Part shown: positions 59,601-64,000 of the stretch, one piece after another
How the letters are laid out: each line of letters starts with the position of its first letter
How positions within the stretch are numbered: the first letter of the stretch is position 1
Assembly: GCF_020745735.1 (NCBI RefSeq)
Contig: NW_026867515.1
Coordinates: 1,020,774 to 1,084,773, forward strand
DNA from: Hemiscyllium ocellatum
Taxonomy: Eukaryota
Direction: 5' to 3'
Length of the DNA stretch: 64,000 nt
Made by a program: the position numbers and the translations under genes
The notes under the pieces: model-generated
Told to the model about the DNA's origin: nothing
The model's input: the letters and a program-made list of their open reading frames with translations, nothing else
Database searches by the model: none

Positions 59601-62600
59601 ACTTATCCACCTTAAACCCCATCTGCCACATTTTGACCCACTCTCCTAACCTATCTAGATCCATTTGAAAGGTTTGTATTTCCTCATTGCAATTTACCAT
59701 CGCGCCTCTTTATGTGTCATCTACAAATTTGGCAAATGAGCCTTTTATCCCTGTATCCCTGTCACTAATGTAGATTGAAAATAGCTGGGGTCCAAGGACC
59801 CAACCCTGTGGCACCTGACTTGCCACATCTTGCCATCCAGAAAAAAAGCCATCAATTCAGACTGTCTGTCTTCTGCCCTTCAGCCAGTCACCTATCCAAG
59901 CTGATAAATCAGCCCGTATCGCATATGATCTAACCTTGCGAATAATGCTTTGAGTGGCACTTTAGCAAATACCTTCTGAAAAGCCAGATATATTACAACT
60001 ACAGGATCCCTATTATCCACTTTGATCATCTATGAAGAACTTAGTCAAATCTGATTTGCCCATCATAAAACCATGCTGACTCTGATGGATAGAGTTTTGA
60101 CTTTTCAAACGTCCTGATAGTGCTTCCTTGATAATTGAGTCTAACACCTTCTCAACAACAGATGTTAAACTAACTGGTCTGCAATTTCCCACATATTGCC
60201 TGCCTCCCTTTCTGAATACAGGCATTACATTAGTATTTTTCCAATCCACTGGAACCATAAGATATAGGAGCAGAAACTAAGTCATTCAATCATGGCTGAA
60301 ACGTTTCTCAAGTCCTTTCTCCCCATAACCTTTGATCACCTTGACAGTCAAGAACCTACCTATCTCTTACTAAATAAACTCAATGTATCTTTCTCATGTC
60401 TCGGGAATTTCGGAATATTGTAACTAATGAATCCACAATCTCCACTTCCACTTCCTTTAGTACCCTAGGAGGTAGGCCATCAGCCGCAGGGGATTTGTTT
60501 GCCCTCAATCTTTATGGTGTACCTATCGACGCTGATTGTTTAAGTTCTACCTTTTCTACAGCCTTTGACTTGCTTGTTCCAATACGAATCTGGTTTCCAG
60601 CATTTGCAGTCATTGTTTTTACCTTCTTTGTAATTTACCTTACCTATTTCTATTCATTTTTTAAAATCCCTTTGTTTGTGTCTGGAAGTTTCCCGATGTT
60701 TCAGCTTTCCAAAGGTCTGGAGTAACATTCCTGAACAGGCTGGAAATTAAAAAGCAACACACCTTTCAGGAGGCTGGGGGCGGGGAAAACCAACCCCCAT
60801 TGTTTCCTATTGGTTGGAGGGCTCCCCCAACCACGCCCCCTCAGTTGGTGACGACGTGGTCTGGACCACGCCCCCTGCGTGTTGGCGCATGTGCAGTGTA
60901 GGTCCCGCGGCCGGACAAAGACAGTGTGACTGAGTGTGGGAGAGGAATGGCGCCGGCGGCTGAAGGAACAAGAACAGAAACCGCTGGAAAAGCTGAGCAG
61001 GTCCGGCAGCTCGTGTTGAGAGAAATGTGAGGACGTGTTTCGGGTCCGGGGATCCTTCTTCAGAACAGGACCAGGTTTCAGAAACATCCCGGGGAGGTCG
61101 CCAGGTCCGAGCGCCAAGACCCGGCTCCTGCCCCCGGGGAGAGGAGACAGTGAGACAGGGTAGGATTGGGAACCGCGGGAGGAGGGAGACTGGGGAGTTT
61201 ATAAACTCCTAGGGGGAGGCCGCAGGCCGCGAATAAAAGCCCCACAGGCCCAGTGTTTACTTCACCGGGGAAGGAGCTCTCGGATTGTCCGGGCAACCAG
61301 CCGCCAGCTTTGTGAGGGTCAGGCACATGTTGTCTTGGGACGGGGTTGTTAGATTGTTGTATAATGTTGATCTCCTCTGTACTTTTAATCTTGAATATTT
61401 TTTAAATGTACATTGGCTTCAATTTATGAATTCTAAGTACAGAAGCAAAATATAAACATCTCCTTGCATGCATCCCAACATGTGCATAGGAGCCAAGACT
61501 GCCTCAAGATTTACTGAGGTGCTGAATCAATAGCTCTTTCCCTTTTGGTTAATGAAGGTGGTGCCCAGCAGACTCCTGCTCACAGTCGGTGTCAGCCTTT
61601 ATGGGAAAGATAGGATAGCAAAACCGAGACACCAATGTAGCCAAGTAATCTGAAGTCACACTTTGGTGCTTTAATCGCCTCAAACGCATGCCATTCATAA
61701 TAACGTCAAGGCTATAGGGGTACCAGGCTCCCCAAGACGGCCAGGATGGATAACAAAGAAGAGAGCTGAAGTGTTATCCTTATCAAGCCTGTAACGTCTT
61801 CACAAATCTCCAACAAGTTAGTTAAATGCAGTGTCCCTGTCAGAAATACCTTGCAGACTCTTCCTACTCAATCCACCTTTCTCCATGTGACTACTAATTT
61901 TGACCAGAATAAGTATTACTGGAAGCTTCTCCACCAAATTTAAACTGGCAGGTGGGACTAGATTGGGTTGGAATATCTTGTCGGCATGGACGGGTTGGAC
62001 CGAAGGGTCTGTTTCCATGCTGTACATCTCTATGACTCTATAATCACTGAGGTTAGCATTACAACCTTTCTTAAACCAGGCTGCAATGTTTGCAGTTCTC
62101 CAGACTTCTAGCACCACCTCCAAGTCCATGGAAGACTGAGAAATTGTGGAAGCCATAATTTATATCGTCCCTTCCTTCAAGATTGTTGGATGCATTTCAT
62201 CAGTGCCTTGTCAAACTTGAAGTACCAAATGCTTATCGAAGACTTCTTTCATGTAAATTTTGAACTCTTGGGAGGTCATGTTGTGGCTGTACAGAACATC
62301 GGTCAGACCACTGTTGGAATATTGCATGCAATTCTGGTCTCCTTTCAATGAAAAGATGTTGTGAAACATGAAAGGGTTCAGAAACGATTTACAAGGATGT
62401 TGCCAGGGTTGGAGGATTTGAGCTATAGGGAGAGGCTGAACAGACTGGAGCTGTTTTCCCTGGAGTGTTGGAGCCTGAGAGGTAACCTATAGAGGTTTAC
62501 AAATTTATGAGGGGCATGTATAAGATAAATAGACAAAGTCTTTTCCCTGGGTTCGGGTCTGTTTCCATGCTGTACATCTCTATGACTCTGTTGGTTGCAT

Positions 62601-63980
62601 CTGTAAGATCCTGAATCAGCACCTTGAGAATTAGAGCGAAGTGAGAACAGAGGCGGAGAGAGAGTGGGATGGTGCTTTCAATTTTGTGGAATAACAAAAG
62701 AAAAGTATATTCTGCAGAAAGTAGAATTGCTTGTTCTGAATTGTCACCCTGCACTGAATGTAATGACTTTTGTAATCTCCTTTTACAGAGTATTAGAAGA
62801 TCTGAAGATGGAAATTTCAAAATCGACAGATGAAGGCCTTATGCCCGAAGCATTGACGCTTCTGCTCCTTGGATGCTGCCTGACCTACAGTGCTTTTCCA
62901 GCGTCACACTTTTGAACTCTTAACTCTCCAGTAACTGCAATCCTCACTTTCACATAAATGTCTGACAGTAACACTGGGATATCGGGACTGCAACGATTTT
63001 TGACTGTGATTCTGTGAGAGGAGCAAAGCATTTGCTTCCTGCTCAAGTACATTTTCGGAATCTGTGGTACTGGATGAGAGACCCTACGTTGCAGCGCAGT
63101 GAGAGTGGAGCCTGAAACAGTTATACGGCCTGGAAAGACAAATTCACGGCAGGGTGGGGCTGTACCCACGTTTGTGTGCGGCTGAAGTTTCGGCCATGGA
63201 GAAACCTGAGGAATCCCGCTCTGTGAAGAAACCGTGGAAGTGTGGCGACTGTGGGAAAGGCTTCTGTGCCCTGTCTGCTCTGGAGACTCATCGACGCAGT
63301 CACACCGGTGAGAGGCCCTTCAGCTGCCCCGAGTGCAGGAAGGGCTTCACCCAGGCATCTGCCCTGCTGACCCACCGGCGGATCCACACGGGGGAGAGGC
63401 CTTTCAGCTGCCCTGAGTGTGGGAAGGTCTTCAGCAATTCCTTTGCCCTGCTGAGGCACCAGCGAATCCACAAGGGGGAGAGACCACTCTCCTGCCCCGA
63501 CTGCGGGAAGGCCTTCAGTGATTCCTCCCACCTTCTGACACACCGGCAGGTCCACACAGGGGAAAGGCCCTTCAGTTGCTCCGAGTGCAGGAAGGCCTTT
63601 ACCCAGGCCTCTGCCCTGCTGATCCACCAGCGGCTCCACACAGGGGAGCGGCCCTTCAGCTGCCCAGAGTGCGGTAAAGGCTTCAGCGATTCCTCCACCC
63701 TGCAGACCCACCAGCGGGTCCACACGGGGGAGAGGCCCTTCAGCTGTTGTGAATGTGGGAAGTGCTTTACCCAGGCCTCTGCCCGGCTGAGACACCAGCG
63801 GTCCCACACCGGGGAGAGGCCCTTCAGGTGCCCCGAGTGCGGGAAGGGCTTTGCCCGGGCCTCCAACCTCCAGACACACCAGCGGATCCACACGGGGGAG
63901 AGGCCCTTTAGTTGTCCCGAGTGCGGGAAGTGCTTTACCCAGGCCATCACACTTCAGAAACACCAGCAGGTCCACATGGG
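50607..63980 (+). repeat. Segmental duplication, copy B (carries the intact ZNF genes)
   Basis: Same order of elements as 1-13140, offset about 50.5-50.8 kb, with scattered substitutions and indels. Confidence 0.95.
52536..53339 (+). CDS. C2H2 zinc-finger protein, 9 fingers (alternative ATG at 52566)
   Basis: Open frame [17 protein letters not shown]...HVPSQGE, acceptor tttccag before 52158, and AATAAA at 53809. Confidence 0.9.
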   Translation: MRLFVAEASDMEKPWKCGNCEKGFRTPSDLEIHRRTHTGERPFSCPKCRKGFTQVSALLRHQRIHTGERPFSCPECGKAFSDSSSLLTHRRVHTGERPFSCHECRKAFSNSSSLLRHQRVHTGETPFSCPECGKAFSRSSTLLTHQQVHTGERPFSCSDCGKAFSYSYSLLRHQRVHMGEKPFSCPECGKAFSYSSSLLTHRRVHTGERPFCCPECGKAFSDSSSLLTHWRVHTGEKPFSCPECGKAFTRSAHLRSHQRLHVPSQGE

Positions 63981-64000
63981 GGAGAGGCCCTTCAGTTGCC
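63196..64000 (+). CDS. C2H2 zinc-finger protein, 3'-partial (9 complete fingers in the window); absent from the ORF track
   Basis: Manual translation from gccATGGAGAAACCTGAG is open to the window end. Acceptor before 62789. Confidence 0.9.
   Translation, partial: MEKPEESRSVKKPWKCGDCGKGFCALSALETHRRSHTGERPFSCPECRKGFTQASALLTHRRIHTGERPFSCPECGKVFSNSFALLRHQRIHKGERPLSCPDCGKAFSDSSHLLTHRQVHTGERPFSCSECRKAFTQASALLIHQRLHTGERPFSCPECGKGFSDSSTLQTHQRVHTGERPFSCCECGKCFTQASARLRHQRSHTGERPFRCPECGKGFARASNLQTHQRIHTGERPFSCPECGKCFTQAITLQKHQQVHMGERPFSC

Overview
This is eukaryotic, repeat-rich DNA, almost certainly from an elasmobranch (shark), judged from HE1/V-SINE, DeuSINE/SacSINE-like, CR1 (HER1-like) and Rex/Babar repeats. 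The window is a birth-and-death cluster of C2H2 zinc-finger genes with no KRAB or other effector domain visible in their ORFs. It holds three complete intact ORFs (25169-26053 minus, 39395-40279, 52536-53339), one intact ORF running off the right edge (63196->64000), two pseudogenes (1856-2414, 12543-13140) and an older relic (46768-47030). Bases 1-13140 and about 50607-63980 are a direct segmental duplication. The region is full of Penelope-like (PLE) retroelement ends carrying minimal hammerhead ribozyme (HHR) motifs: more than 25 copies counted by eye, in at least two families. These include a young head-to-head inverted Neptune-type PLE with a 14-bp TSD and two palindromic HHR-only mini-elements that lie inside inferred ZNF transcription units. 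HHR relics are also built into the ZNF leader exons, disabled on the sense strand and with an intact core on the antisense strand. Also present are a deleted class I endogenous retrovirus (RNase H-IN-env plus LTRs), a QSOX-like exon-1 fragment and a decayed hAT transposase. All exon and promoter calls are inferred from motifs only, and identities were judged by eye.
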